DNA from: Calditrichia bacterium
GTDB taxonomy: Bacteria; Calditrichota; Calditrichia; JAJRVZ01
Assembly (NCBI GenBank): GCA_963777955.1
Contig: CAVZSQ010000001.1
Coordinates: forward strand, 64,001-128,000
Direction of reading: 5' to 3'
DNA length: 64,000 nucleotides
How positions within the stretch are numbered: position 1 is the stretch's first letter; every line of letters begins with the position of its first letter. Positions 10,136 through 19,985 of the stretch are shown in pieces. Both the position numbers and the translations under genes were made by a program. The notes below the pieces were generated by a model, which did not search any database, was not told the origin of the DNA, and worked only from the letters and a program-made list of their open reading frames with translations.

Positions 10136-10590
10136 ATGCTGAAATCCATGTTTCAAGGTCTGTTACTTTTCTGCATGGTTGCTGTAGAAGGCATACAGGC
10201 ACAGTCGAATTCCTCAACGCGCATCTGGCCATCACTCGAGGATGCAGGCATCAATGTCTCTGTCGATAAACCGCTATACTTTGCCGGGGATACCATGGAA
10301 TACGGCAAGACCAGTGCAATGATGCGATTTTATTATGTGAACGCGATATCGGGACATCGGTTCCCCGTCAACCTTGGAGTAGGAACATTCGGCGTGAACT
10401 CGCCGATCGATGTGGGTGTCGGCCAGGGCGGTTTTGCCGCGTCGATATTCCTGGATGTTGTCGAACTTATCAGAAAGTTCGGGGTCCATTTCGACATGAA
10501 AGTCAATGCGGCCTGGAATTGACGCCCTTTTTTCCTATCAAAAGGAGGTCACGGATATTGTTGAATGCACAGGTGGGTTTTTCAATCTGA
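10136..10590 (+). pseudogene. Probable internally deleted or frameshifted outer-membrane/secreted protein
   Basis: Signal peptide plus VSVDKPLYFAGDT. A shifted frame ends ...ILLNAQVGFSI*, like a beta-barrel C-terminus. Confidence 0.35.
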
Positions 10591-10724
10591 GTTCTTTTCA
10601 CCCAGGCATCTATTTACTGTTGTCTGGTGCATCGTACCGGCGGTTCAGCGAAACAGGATGCACCGTAACTGAAACAGATAACTTTAAATCTATTGATCAA
10701 TCACATAACCAAGGGATGTGAACC

Positions 10725-11528
10725 ATGAAAAAGTTACAAACCGGATTGTTTGCCCTTCTGATTGCGGCGCTTCTGTTCCAATCTTGCAGCCTCGTGCCGC
10801 TCACCGGAAGGCGTCAGCTCTCACTCGTCTCTGATGCTGACATGCTTTCTACGAGCTTCGTCCAGTACGACCAGTTCCTGAAGGAAAACAAGCTGAGTAC
10901 GAACACGGCGCAGACGAATATGGTTAAGGGAGTCGGCAGGCGCATCCAAAACGCAGTGACAACATATTTCGCCCAGAATAATTTGTCCCAGGATCTCAAT
11001 GGGTTCGCGTGGGAATTCAACCTCATCGAAAACAAGGAAGTCAACGCCTGGTGTATGCCGGGAGGAAAAGTGGTGGTGTACTCCGGAATCCTTCCGGTCA
11101 CACAGAACGAAACCGGGCTGGCCGTTGTGATGGGGCACGAGATCGCTCACGCCGTGGCAAAGCACAGCAACGAGCGGATGAGCCAGGCGCTGGTCGCCCA
11201 GTTGGGCGGCCAGACGCTCGCCGCTGCGCTCCAGCAGAAACCCCAGCAGACCCAGGAGATCTGGATGGCCCTTTTCGGTGTCGGGGTCCAGCTTGGTGCG
11301 GTCCTGCCGTACAGCCGTCTTCAGGAGAGCGAGGCAGATCACCTCGGATTAATTTTCATGGCCATGGCCGGGTACGATCCCAACGGCTCCATCGAGTTCT
11401 GGCAACGCATGTCTCAGAACGCGGGAGCGAAGCCGCCGGAGTTCCTGAGCACGCACCCCTCCGACGAGAATCGGATTCGGAAAATCAAATCAGAGATTCC
11501 AGAGGCAATGAAGTATTACAAGAAGTAG
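10725..11528 (+). CDS. M48 family zinc metallopeptidase lipoprotein (LoiP/Oma1-like)
   Basis: NAWCMPGGK, HEIAH, YSRLQESEAD and FLSTHPS motifs; lipobox. Confidence 0.93.
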   Translation: MKKLQTGLFALLIAALLFQSCSLVPLTGRRQLSLVSDADMLSTSFVQYDQFLKENKLSTNTAQTNMVKGVGRRIQNAVTTYFAQNNLSQDLNGFAWEFNLIENKEVNAWCMPGGKVVVYSGILPVTQNETGLAVVMGHEIAHAVAKHSNERMSQALVAQLGGQTLAAALQQKPQQTQEIWMALFGVGVQLGAVLPYSRLQESEADHLGLIFMAMAGYDPNGSIEFWQRMSQNAGAKPPEFLSTHPSDENRIRKIKSEIPEAMKYYKK

Positions 11529-11731
11529 CGGTGATAGGCAATATGTCTATGTCTCCCGTGATCAGGTATTCAGAGGTTAGATCTCCACTGGCTTGGGATG
11601 ACTTGGTGGTAGTCCAAAAGAACCAGTTCCTTTTTCATCCCTTTGGGCGATTGTTTTTGTGGTTGGAGTTTGATTAATTTAATTTTACAAATATAACAAA
11701 ACAGGTTTTATTCATTTTAGGAGGAAATGAC

Positions 11732-12379
11732 ATGAGAATTTCTCGAATCAAATCGTTCGAATCGTTTTTGTTGCAGTTTTCGGCCTGTGCTTCGCGCTGC
11801 CGGCCGCGGCTCAGTACATCGGTGTCCTGCAGTCCGCCGAGACGATGGACCGCGGCACCTTCAAGCTCATGGTTGCCCCGATCATGGTATTCGGCAAGGA
11901 CGGAGCAGATGACGAGTTCGGGGTCGCGGCTCGCGGGGGGTATGCATTCACCGAACACTTCGACGCCGAAGCCAAGCTGGGCTTCTTCGAGAATGGTACC
12001 TTCGTCGGCGCGGATGGCGAGTACTGGATTTTCAGGGGTGCGGAAAAGAATTCCGGCCTTGATTTCTCGTTGACGGGAGGCCTCCACTGGATGTTCGGGA
12101 GCGATAATCGTTCCGACACCATGGGATTCGAGATCACGCCGCAGTTGAGCGGGCACGTGACCGAGAACCTGGAGCTGTGCGGGGCTCTGGATGCCTCGTT
12201 CGAGTCGATCCAGGATGCCCCGGCGGGGGTCGACGATTCGTTCACGAGATTGCACCTCGTGCCCGGAATCGAGTACCGCCTGTCCGACACATTCGACCTG
12301 GTTGCCGAGTTCGGTATCGCGGATCAACGACAACTCGTCCAACTATGCGGGCGCCGGCATCACGTATTACGTCCGCTGA
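11732..12379 (+). CDS. Outer-membrane beta-barrel protein, frameshifted
   Basis: Amphipathic strands in 11845-12420; aromatic-rich C-terminus GAGITYYVR in ORF 12191-12379. Confidence 0.6.
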
Positions 12380-12420
12380 AATCAGGTTTTGTCCGACCTG
12401 CTGAGAGAAAGAGGTTTTAA

Positions 12421-12627
12421 ATGAACATGCTCAATTTTAAGGGAAACTGGAACGAGGTCACAGGTAAGTTCAAACAACAATTCGCCAGCCTGACAGACGA
12501 TGATATGCTCTATAAAGAAGGGAAGCATGAAGAATTGTTGGGAAGACTGCAGCGAAAGATTGGGAAAACACATACGGAAATCCGCCAGCCTGAGGCGGAA
12601 ATACGCCAGATGATTGAGAAAGTATAA
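12421..12627 (+). CDS. CsbD-family general stress protein
   Basis: KGNWNEVTGKFKQQFASLTDDD....GKHEELLGRLQRKIGKT. Confidence 0.9.
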   Translation: MNMLNFKGNWNEVTGKFKQQFASLTDDDMLYKEGKHEELLGRLQRKIGKTHTEIRQPEAEIRQMIEKV

Positions 12628-12757
12628 TGAGACTAAAAGCAATATTATCATAAATACGAGCCGTTGAATCTACAAGCCCAGCCGTTTCTTTAGATGCAAG
12701 TGGAATGCCGACGAACCGTTCTTATTTTAAACAATTCATTAATGTGGAGAATCTGAC

Positions 12758-13003
12758 ATGATTAAACACAAAAAAATATTTCCCCCGAATTCAGATGCGG
12801 TATTCGTCGGCTGGCAGGAAACACTTTCAGGAGATGTCTTTGCACTCTATACCATAACCGTAAAAGATCATGCGTCTTACGGTTCTACTGTTACGGATAG
12901 GACCTTACGAAATCTGAACCTGCAGATTCCTAAACAGCACCATCCCTGGAGCGAGAGAATAAGTCAGGATACTCAGAAAAGACAGAAGAGAGCAGGTGAG
13001 TAA
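12758..13003 (+). CDS. Hypothetical protein (81 aa)
   Basis: GGAG RBS; plausible globular sequence. Confidence 0.5.
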   Translation: MIKHKKIFPPNSDAVFVGWQETLSGDVFALYTITVKDHASYGSTVTDRTLRNLNLQIPKQHHPWSERISQDTQKRQKRAGE

Positions 13004-13050
13004 ATTTGTGAAAAGGAACGATGCGCCTGATATAAATACAAGATGAATCC

Positions 13051-13263
13051 ATGAAAAAGATACTATTTATTCTGGGGATATCGCTTTTCCTTTTGTTTGC
13101 TGCCATGATCGTTGTTCCGCTAATTGTAAAACCACAACTTATAGATCTTGTCAAAAAGGAAGCTAATAAAAATATCAACGCCACACTGGACTTTAAAAGT
13201 ATTGGCTTGAATTTATTTGAAAGTTTTCCGAATGCAGCCCTCAACATCAAACATGTGCTCTAA
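13051..13263 (+). pseudogene. Truncated N-terminus of an AsmA-family protein
   Basis: MKKILFILG...LVKKEANKNINATLDF..IGLNLFESFPN is a typical AsmA N-terminus, but the ORF stops at 70 aa. Confidence 0.6.
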
Positions 13264-13302
13264 TAAAAAACAATCAATCATTAATTTAACGGAGGTAATT
13301 TT

Positions 13303-13845
13303 ATGTGGAAGAAAATTTTGTTGATAGTGGGATTAATCACGGTGCTGATCGTCCCGGTGAAGGCACAGAGCGTAAGTGTGGGACCGCAGGTTGGTTATTA
13401 TAAAGCCCAGGATGCCGACCAGGGATCATTCATGGGTGGAGTAGCCTGGCGGTTCAAATTGATGCCGGTTCTTGGTCTTGAAGCATCCATCAATTATCGT
13501 CAGGAAAAATATGCGGATGACGCCTTGACGGTTCGCAGCTGGCCGGTGATGGTAACCGGTTTGATTTATCCCATCCCCATTGTTTACGGAGCTATTGGCG
13601 CCGGCTGGTACAGTGTAACTTACGATTATGACCAGAGCAAGTTACCGTTGTTTAAAGACGAGACAACGCAGGAATTTGGCTGGCATTTTGGCGGCGGCGT
13701 GGAACTACCCGTCGGTTCAACTTTCAAAGTGACCGGTGATATTCGCTACGTCTTTCTGAATTATGATTTTAAAGAAATCCCGGGCAGTGCTGATTTGAAA
13801 AGCAATTTCTATGTCATCACCGTCGGGTTCCTGTTCGGTCTGTAA
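13303..13845 (+). CDS. Outer-membrane beta-barrel (8-strand porin-family) protein
   Basis: Signal peptide, YGAIGAGWY, FGWHFGGGVE and a C-terminal VTVGFLFGL. Confidence 0.85.
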   Translation: MWKKILLIVGLITVLIVPVKAQSVSVGPQVGYYKAQDADQGSFMGGVAWRFKLMPVLGLEASINYRQEKYADDALTVRSWPVMVTGLIYPIPIVYGAIGAGWYSVTYDYDQSKLPLFKDETTQEFGWHFGGGVELPVGSTFKVTGDIRYVFLNYDFKEIPGSADLKSNFYVITVGFLFGL

Positions 13846-13854
13846 TCACTCACC

Positions 13855-13890
13855 AAGCTGAGCGGACCTGAAAGTCTGCTCAGCTTTGTT
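13855..13890 (+). terminator. Intrinsic terminator
   Basis: AAGCTGAGCGGAC-ctgaaa-GTCTGCTCAGCTT followed by a T-rich tract, right after the stop codon. Confidence 0.65.
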
Positions 13891-13943
13891 TCCAATATAT
13901 ATCTCTATCATTCGGTGACAGGATCAGCGGAAAGGAGCCAAAC

Positions 13944-14093
13944 ATGCTTTGGACCATCTTTGTGGTTCTTCTGGTTTTGTGGTTGTTTGCATTGTTCAGC
14001 GGCAATACTGTGGGTGGCTTCATTCATGTTCTGCTGGTGATTGCCATCGTCGTCATGCTGATCAGAGTCTATCAAGGACGTAAATCGGGGTAG
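13944..14093 (+). CDS. lmo0937-family small membrane protein (49 aa); not in the ORF track
   Basis: MLWTIFVVLLVLWLFALFSGNTVGGFIHVLLVIAIVVMLIRVYQGRKSG; AAGGAG RBS. Confidence 0.88.
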   Translation: MLWTIFVVLLVLWLFALFSGNTVGGFIHVLLVIAIVVMLIRVYQGRKSG

Positions 14094-14136
14094 CCGTCGG
14101 CACCCGCAAAATTTCTAATAAAAGGAGATTAAACAT

Positions 14137-14236
14137 ATGAAACAGATAATGTATATCGGACTGGTCCTGATCATTCTCGGCGGCCCTGGCACTGACCTAC
14201 CATGGTATTGCCTACACCACGCGCGAGAATATCATC
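14137..14236 (+). pseudogene. Truncated DUF3185-like small membrane protein
   Basis: AAGGAG RBS; MKQIMYIGLVLIILG.(fs)LALTYHGIAYTTRENII, after which similarity ends. Confidence 0.55.
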
Positions 14237-14277
14237 GGGCGTAAAAAGCCGTAGTCTGCAATCGGGGGAGAGTTTAG

Positions 14278-15573
14278 ATGAAAATATTAATTTTAATTCT
14301 GTCATTATGTTGTACGGTAAGCGGACAGTTAATAATAAATCATAATAATACCAGGTTGCCAACAAATACTCCGGAAATCAAAAATATGTTCAAGATTCAT
14401 TACGCGCATACATCCCACGGGTATCAAATAGTCAGAGGATTGCTTGAATTGGAAAAATCACCAACTTATAACGTTAATATAACCGCTGGTGCGCTTTCGT
14501 TCGAAGAAAATGCCCTTTGTATATTAGACGGTCAAAGTAATGGTGAAACATATATTCTGCCGGAAAAGTACTGGTCCGGCGATGCCGGACTTAATTTGAC
14601 CAGAAATACTCTGAACTCTTACAGGGCAATAAATATTTCAGAATGGGCCTGGTGTGTTCAACTTGATACCTGGGGCGCTTCGTATATAACTGTTTATCTT
14701 AACAATATTTCTGCACTGGAAAGTGAATTTCCCAATGTTACATTTATTTATATGACCGGAAACGCACAAGCAACCGGATCTGAAGGATTTAATAGATTTT
14801 TGAGAAATCAGCAAATTCGCAATTACTGCATTGCTCATAAGAAAATAATATTTGATTTTGAGGATTTGGACAGCTGGTGGTTTAATCCATCAACCAATCT
14901 TTGGGAGCAGGCCACGACAACATATAACGGAGTTGTTTTTCCCGTGGAACATCCACAATTTTACGGATATAGTCAGGGCGGTCATGCTACCCTGGAAAGT
15001 TGTGTGCAGAAAGCAAAGGCTTATTGGAACATGTTAGCTATTCTTTATGATAATTCGCTTCCGGTCAATATGGTAAATTTTGATTACGTGTTAAACAATA
15101 ATAAAATTACGCTGATTTGGAATACGTCAACCGAAGTTAATAATGCTGGATTTGAGATATATAAATCTCTTGACAATAAAGATTTTACATTGTTAAGTTC
15201 ATATAAAACAAACGACGGTTTAGTGGGAGGTAATTTCAGTGATAAACAAAATTATAGCTTTGCAGATAATATCAACAATAATACATGGTATAGTCTATAT
15301 TCCGTGAGCTATAATGGAGAGGTCGAACAGTGTGGTCATTTATCCGTTGAATTTATAAAACCGAATATATATCCCAATCCATTCAGGAACTATGTTAATA
15401 TAGAAATTCCGGAACCATATCGAGTGTATATATATGATATATTGGGAAGGAATATTGGTAAAATAAATAAGCAAGAAAGATGGGGAGGGCGTGTTTCCAA
15501 CGGAATTTATTTCTATCAGACTATATTAAATGATAAAATAATTAGCAGTGGAAAAATCATAAAAATAAAATAA
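14278..15573 (+). CDS. AT-rich secreted protein with a putative hydrolase-like domain and a C-terminal sorting domain
   Basis: Signal peptide, YAHTSHG motif, LPVNMVNF..W.TSTEVNNAGFEI linker, and IYPNPF...YDILGR...GIYFY C-terminal domain. Confidence 0.8.
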   Translation: MKILILILSLCCTVSGQLIINHNNTRLPTNTPEIKNMFKIHYAHTSHGYQIVRGLLELEKSPTYNVNITAGALSFEENALCILDGQSNGETYILPEKYWSGDAGLNLTRNTLNSYRAINISEWAWCVQLDTWGASYITVYLNNISALESEFPNVTFIYMTGNAQATGSEGFNRFLRNQQIRNYCIAHKKIIFDFEDLDSWWFNPSTNLWEQATTTYNGVVFPVEHPQFYGYSQGGHATLESCVQKAKAYWNMLAILYDNSLPVNMVNFDYVLNNNKITLIWNTSTEVNNAGFEIYKSLDNKDFTLLSSYKTNDGLVGGNFSDKQNYSFADNINNNTWYSLYSVSYNGEVEQCGHLSVEFIKPNIYPNPFRNYVNIEIPEPYRVYIYDILGRNIGKINKQERWGGRVSNGIYFYQTILNDKIISSGKIIKIK

Positions 15574-15621
15574 TGCGTCTATTATATTATTAAACGGCTA
15601 TTATAGTTTTGAGATCAGCAC

Positions 15622-15680
15622 CGTCGGGTTTCTGTGTGGATAGACCATAGGAAGGCTGTGGCTGCAGGCATTAGTGAACA
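15622..15680 (+). pseudogene. Remnant of a 'WIDHRKAV' (eRF1-domain/host-attachment-like) stress-island gene
   Basis: 15634-15660 reads VWIDHRKAV; no full ORF surrounds it. Confidence 0.4.
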
Positions 15681-15731
15681 ATTGCTCCGCTGGCAGGGAA
15701 TTGCAGCCAAGGAGAAACTTGCCGATAAATC

Positions 15732-17291
15732 TTATACAGTGTATTTCCTGGCAAGATTTAGATAATGCTTTATCTGTTCCATTTTCCAGGAAGAGTCCTG
15801 TCCCATTTCCTTAGCCATTATCTCCGCCACCCGTGGTGCCATTTCCATACTTGTTTTAACATCCAACAGCAACATCCGTGTACGTCTGGACAGGAAGTCT
15901 TCAACGGTTCTGGCCATCTCCTCACGCACAGCCCAGATAATTTCACCAATATATACGGGCGGATCGGCAGATAATTTTTGTTGGTATTCAGGCTTTTCAG
16001 CAAGCAGATTTAAAATCTCGGGAGCATCGCAACCATAAACCTGGAAATCACCGAATATTGTAGCATTACTATGATACCCATGAATGTTGAGATTTTTGCT
16101 GATACTGGGCACCGTATCCAGTTGGGCCAGGATGGCGGCCTGGTCAATGGTATCTTCAGCCATTTTGCGGTAGGTGGTCCATTTCCCGCCGGCAACCGTT
16201 ACCAGACCCGAACGGGAAATATGAATCAGATGATCGCGTGAAAGGGCAGCGGTATCCTTTAGGTTATCTGAATCTGTAACCAGTGGTCGCAGGCCGGCAA
16301 AAACGCTCAGAATATCGCTCTGCAGCGGATCCCTGGTCAGATAACGCGCGGCATGGGTTAATAGAAATTCCAATTCTTCCGGATATGGGGCAGGTTCCAA
16401 TTCGATCGACTGTACCGCTGTTTCGGTAGTCCCGACTACTATGCGATTATGCCAGGGGATAGCAAACAGCACCCGGCCGTCATCGGTCTGGGGAATCATG
16501 ATCGCACTGTCGCCGGGCAGGAAACTTTTATCCAGGACCAGATGAATGCCCTGGCTGGGCCGGATGATGGGTGCGGTTTCCGGTTCATCCATCCGGCGGA
16601 TCTGGTCGGTAAAAACCCCGGTGGCATTGATTACAACTTTTGCTTTTACTTCATATTCCTGGCTATTTTCACTATCCTGAACCCGTACTCCAATTACCAT
16701 GTCATTATATTTAAGTAATGCTTTAACTTCCATATAATTAACCAGGGCCGCACCCTGTTCGGCTGCGGTTTTGACCATGTTGATGATCAGCCGGGCATCA
16801 TCGAACTGGCCGTCAAAATAAATAACTCCGCCTTTTAAACCTTGAGTTTCAATCGTGGGCAGATGCTGAATGGTTTCTTCTTTGGAAAGTACTTTAGAAT
16901 CACCGAATCCCTCACGGCCGGCTAAGATGTCATATAATTTGAGACCGATACCATAAAACGGACCTTCCCACCAGTCATAGTTAGGGACAATGAAAGGTAA
17001 ATTATGTACCAGGTGCGGGGCATTGCGATGAAGAATACCCCGTTCTTTTAAAGCTTCCAGCACCAGGGAGAGATTGCCCTGTTTCAGATAGCGCACACCA
17101 CCGTGGATTAACTTGGTGCTGCGGCTGGAGGTTCCTTTGCCGAAATCGCTTTGTTCGACTAACAGCGTACGGTACCCGCGGGAGGCCGCTTCAATTGCTG
17201 CACCCACGCCGGTAGCCCCGCCGCCGATGATGATAAAATCCCATTTTTCCGCCGGATCAGCCAGGCGACTGATCATTTCAGCGCGATTCAT
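15732..17291 (-). CDS. glpD: FAD-dependent glycerol-3-phosphate dehydrogenase
   Basis: IIGGGATG, GTSSRSTKLIHGGVRYL and GGKWTTYRKMAE. Confidence 0.95.
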   Translation of the reverse strand: MNRAEMISRLADPAEKWDFIIIGGGATGVGAAIEAASRGYRTLLVEQSDFGKGTSSRSTKLIHGGVRYLKQGNLSLVLEALKERGILHRNAPHLVHNLPFIVPNYDWWEGPFYGIGLKLYDILAGREGFGDSKVLSKEETIQHLPTIETQGLKGGVIYFDGQFDDARLIINMVKTAAEQGAALVNYMEVKALLKYNDMVIGVRVQDSENSQEYEVKAKVVINATGVFTDQIRRMDEPETAPIIRPSQGIHLVLDKSFLPGDSAIMIPQTDDGRVLFAIPWHNRIVVGTTETAVQSIELEPAPYPEELEFLLTHAARYLTRDPLQSDILSVFAGLRPLVTDSDNLKDTAALSRDHLIHISRSGLVTVAGGKWTTYRKMAEDTIDQAAILAQLDTVPSISKNLNIHGYHSNATIFGDFQVYGCDAPEILNLLAEKPEYQQKLSADPPVYIGEIIWAVREEMARTVEDFLSRRTRMLLLDVKTSMEMAPRVAEIMAKEMGQDSSWKMEQIKHYLNLARKYTV

Positions 17292-18270
17292 ATTTTACCT
17301 TCTTCTCGCCCCAGATACGGTTAATTTTATCACCAATCCAGATAGAAACCTTAAACCGTTCGGAGTTCAGAAAATTGTCGATGGTTTCCGCTACCTGCTT
17401 CGCCCGCAGGTATCCGTATATTTTATGCGGATTCCTTTCTCCATGTAATTCATAATTGTTATGCACCAGGTAATCGAGTGGTTTAACACCAAGACGGTTT
17501 TCGGCAAAGTCCCCGGCCAGCTGGTAATCCATGGCTACCTTATCTTCCGGATCGGCAAAATTGAACCAGAACCTGCGGATGTTCTGGGGAGTGACCAGGT
17601 TAAAATTTTTTTTATTTCCCGATTGACTACCGGGGTGGAGGCGGCGCTGTATGGTGGACAGTCCCAGCGGGGAGCCAAGGGTGACCAGGGTATCGATCAC
17701 TAATTCAGTTTCCAGTTGTTTGAGAACATCATAGGCGATAATCGTACCCATGGAATGGGCTATTATCATGATATCTTTTTTACGGTGTTCCCGCAGGATA
17801 GAAATCAATTGAGATTGTATGCAATCCCGCGCAGCCAAATGAACATGCCCGGCATCCGGACAATTAGCCGAATAATATATATCCAGATCCTTGTAGAAAT
17901 AATGAATCACCATATCACTAAGTTGACTGTGGCGTATGGTGAAATCGGTGTCAAGCAGAATGTGACTCATCTGTTTTTTAAAAACTCCCGCCATTTTCTG
18001 GCGCAGGGAGGAAGATTTGTTGGACGGAGTGATAGCTGCCGGCAGATACGGATCAGGGACAAATAACGGATTTTCCGGATCGTTAAGTTGCGGATCAAGC
18101 GGCTGCTGATGCAAAAAACGGGACCAGTAAGCCAGGTGGAATTTAAAGAAATAATGCGGTTTGGCAATTGTGTTTAATCCTTCCTCGATGGCCAGACGCC
18201 ACCAGGAGGCCAGCAATGTATCAGGGGGCTTGTTGCCCAGGCCGTGGATACCGATGATTACTTTTGACAT
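17278..18270 (-). CDS. Alpha/beta hydrolase (lipase-like)
   Basis: GIHGLG oxyanion motif, AHSMG nucleophile elbow, VTLGSP, C-terminal PH. Overlaps the glpD start. Confidence 0.75.
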   Translation of the reverse strand: MSKVIIGIHGLGNKPPDTLLASWWRLAIEEGLNTIAKPHYFFKFHLAYWSRFLHQQPLDPQLNDPENPLFVPDPYLPAAITPSNKSSSLRQKMAGVFKKQMSHILLDTDFTIRHSQLSDMVIHYFYKDLDIYYSANCPDAGHVHLAARDCIQSQLISILREHRKKDIMIIAHSMGTIIAYDVLKQLETELVIDTLVTLGSPLGLSTIQRRLHPGSQSGNKKNFNLVTPQNIRRFWFNFADPEDKVAMDYQLAGDFAENRLGVKPLDYLVHNNYELHGERNPHKIYGYLRAKQVAETIDNFLNSERFKVSIWIGDKINRIWGEKKVKYESR

Positions 18271-18447
18271 TTTGCAGATAGTTTTTTCAAAAATATAGGT
18301 TGTATTTGGATATGAGGCAATATAGAAAATAGGGGCTAGTGTCATATTCGTTCCTGTTTCATTTATGAGGAAAGAAAAATTTTAATAAAACCTTTTTCAT
18401 ATAAGATAAATCTTATGTATAATTGGACAGGTAATAAGAGATAGGTT

Positions 18448-18849
18448 ATGTCTTATACCATTACGTTCGTTCAGAAAAAGGATTACCTGCATGCTCGGAT
18501 TATTGCTGATAGCACACCTGAAAATGTATTAAATAGTCTGAGCGAAATACAGCAAACCTGCCTGAATTATAAATACCGCAAAGTCCTGATCGAAGACGGA
18601 TTCAGCGGACCAACCATCAGCACCTTTGATATTTTCGCCATAATAGAAAAGATGAGTCCCACCATTTCACCCGAGATTCAGCAAATTGCCTATGTCGATG
18701 TGGAAAAAAAACACGATCCGGAATCATTGCGTTTTGCTGAGACCGTGGCTGTCAATCGTGGTGTTAATATCAAATATTTTATCGATATAAAACAGGCTGA
18801 ACAATGGTTGGTGAACCTGTTGCCAGCTGATTATATATCCGATCACTAA
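18448..18849 (+). CDS. SpoIIAA/STAS-SEC14-like small protein
   Basis: KVLIE...IAYV...FAETVAVNRG..IKYF.D...AEQWL pattern. Confidence 0.6.
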   Translation: MSYTITFVQKKDYLHARIIADSTPENVLNSLSEIQQTCLNYKYRKVLIEDGFSGPTISTFDIFAIIEKMSPTISPEIQQIAYVDVEKKHDPESLRFAETVAVNRGVNIKYFIDIKQAEQWLVNLLPADYISDH

Positions 18850-18984
18850 CAATTCGCCAACCGTTGATGTCCAGGACAGAAACCGCAGTCATAATTATCC
18901 TTCAATATAAGCATTATATTTTCGCCTCTATTTAACATATTGTTATTAAATAACTTGTAATTAGTAATTATGCATTCAAAAAAA

Positions 18985-19030
18985 TAACAAAAATATTTTT
19001 GTCATTTACTTGACAAAATATATTTTGTCA
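18985..19030. promoter_or_regulatory. Tandem palindromic operators overlapping a TTGACA -35 upstream of the Crp-family gene
   Basis: TAACAAAAATATTTTTGTCA (18985-19004) and the perfect palindrome TGACAAAATATATTTTGTCA (19011-19030). Confidence 0.7.
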
Positions 19031-19069
19031 TATATATTTTAGTTATAAATCATTAAACAGGGAGGTGGT

Positions 19070-19747
19070 ATGGAAGTCATTGCACTAAAAAGTATTCCTT
19101 TATTTTCTGATCTGTCGGATGCTGAACTGCAGGCGATTCATACTGATTCCTGCCGTCAATTTCATAAAAAGAATACCATGATTTTATTTGAAGAGCAGAT
19201 CGATTCGAAATTATTTGTAGTGCTGAAGGGGAGGGTCAAGGAGACCGGCATCAGTGAAGACGGGCGGGAAGCCATCTTTGCCTTCTACGCCGAGGGGGAT
19301 TTCTTCGGTGAAATGGCCATCTTCGGCGATCAGGGCCGTACCACCAACATCGTTACCTGTGAAGATTCTTATATTCTTTCCCTGCAGCATGATAACCTGC
19401 AATCCATACTCCGGAGGTGTCCGGGGATTTTCATTAATCTGCTTAAGGAGATGACTCAGCGCCTGCGGCGTAAAGGGGAACAGATTAAAAGTATGGTTTT
19501 TCAGGATGCTACGGGCAAGTTGGCTAATACCTTGCTGCAATTTACTGAAAATCTGGGCGATCTTAACCGGGGGCTGGTCGAAATTACCCGTTTACCGGCA
19601 CAAAAAGATATTGCCAGCATGGTCGGCACCAGCCGGGAAACGATTTCCCGCTCCATGCGCCTGCTGATTAACAAAGGTTTCATAACCAAAGACGGCGGTC
19701 GACTGGTGATCTGCGATTATGCAAATTTCAGGGCTAATTTTATATAA
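19070..19747 (+). CDS. Crp/Fnr-family transcriptional regulator
   Basis: cNMP-binding domain (GDFFGEMA..RT) and HTH QKDIASMVGTSRETISR; GGAGGT RBS. Confidence 0.93.
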   Translation: MEVIALKSIPLFSDLSDAELQAIHTDSCRQFHKKNTMILFEEQIDSKLFVVLKGRVKETGISEDGREAIFAFYAEGDFFGEMAIFGDQGRTTNIVTCEDSYILSLQHDNLQSILRRCPGIFINLLKEMTQRLRRKGEQIKSMVFQDATGKLANTLLQFTENLGDLNRGLVEITRLPAQKDIASMVGTSRETISRSMRLLINKGFITKDGGRLVICDYANFRANFI

Positions 19748-19780
19748 AGCTGACTGGTAATTGAGAAATCTAAATTATAA

Positions 19781-19872
19781 CCGGGATCCCGGCTCGGGGG
19801 CCGGGATGACGTTTTCCCAGTCTTGTCATCCCGGGCATGTCGAAGCCCTGGCGTAGACATGACCCGGGATCT
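19781..19872. repeat. REP-like palindromic element (GTCATCCCGG family), copy A
   Basis: CCGGGATGAC...GTCATCCCGG inverted arms. 19825-19872 recurs in reverse complement at 36375-36422. Confidence 0.75.
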
Positions 19873-19985
19873 GATTAATTTAGTTTTAAAGAAACTGAGG
19901 TAACCTCATGTTTATCAAGTTTTTTTGCTTCCTGCCGATCTTTATTGTTAATTTGGGATTGATTTAACCTATTCGACCAGGGTCC

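Noticed and set aside
9132..12342. Long alternative-frame or antisense ORFs (9132-9830, 10821-11342, 11009-11677, 11674-12342)
   Set aside because: They are shadows of well-supported genes in a GC-rich stretch and have no recognisable motifs.
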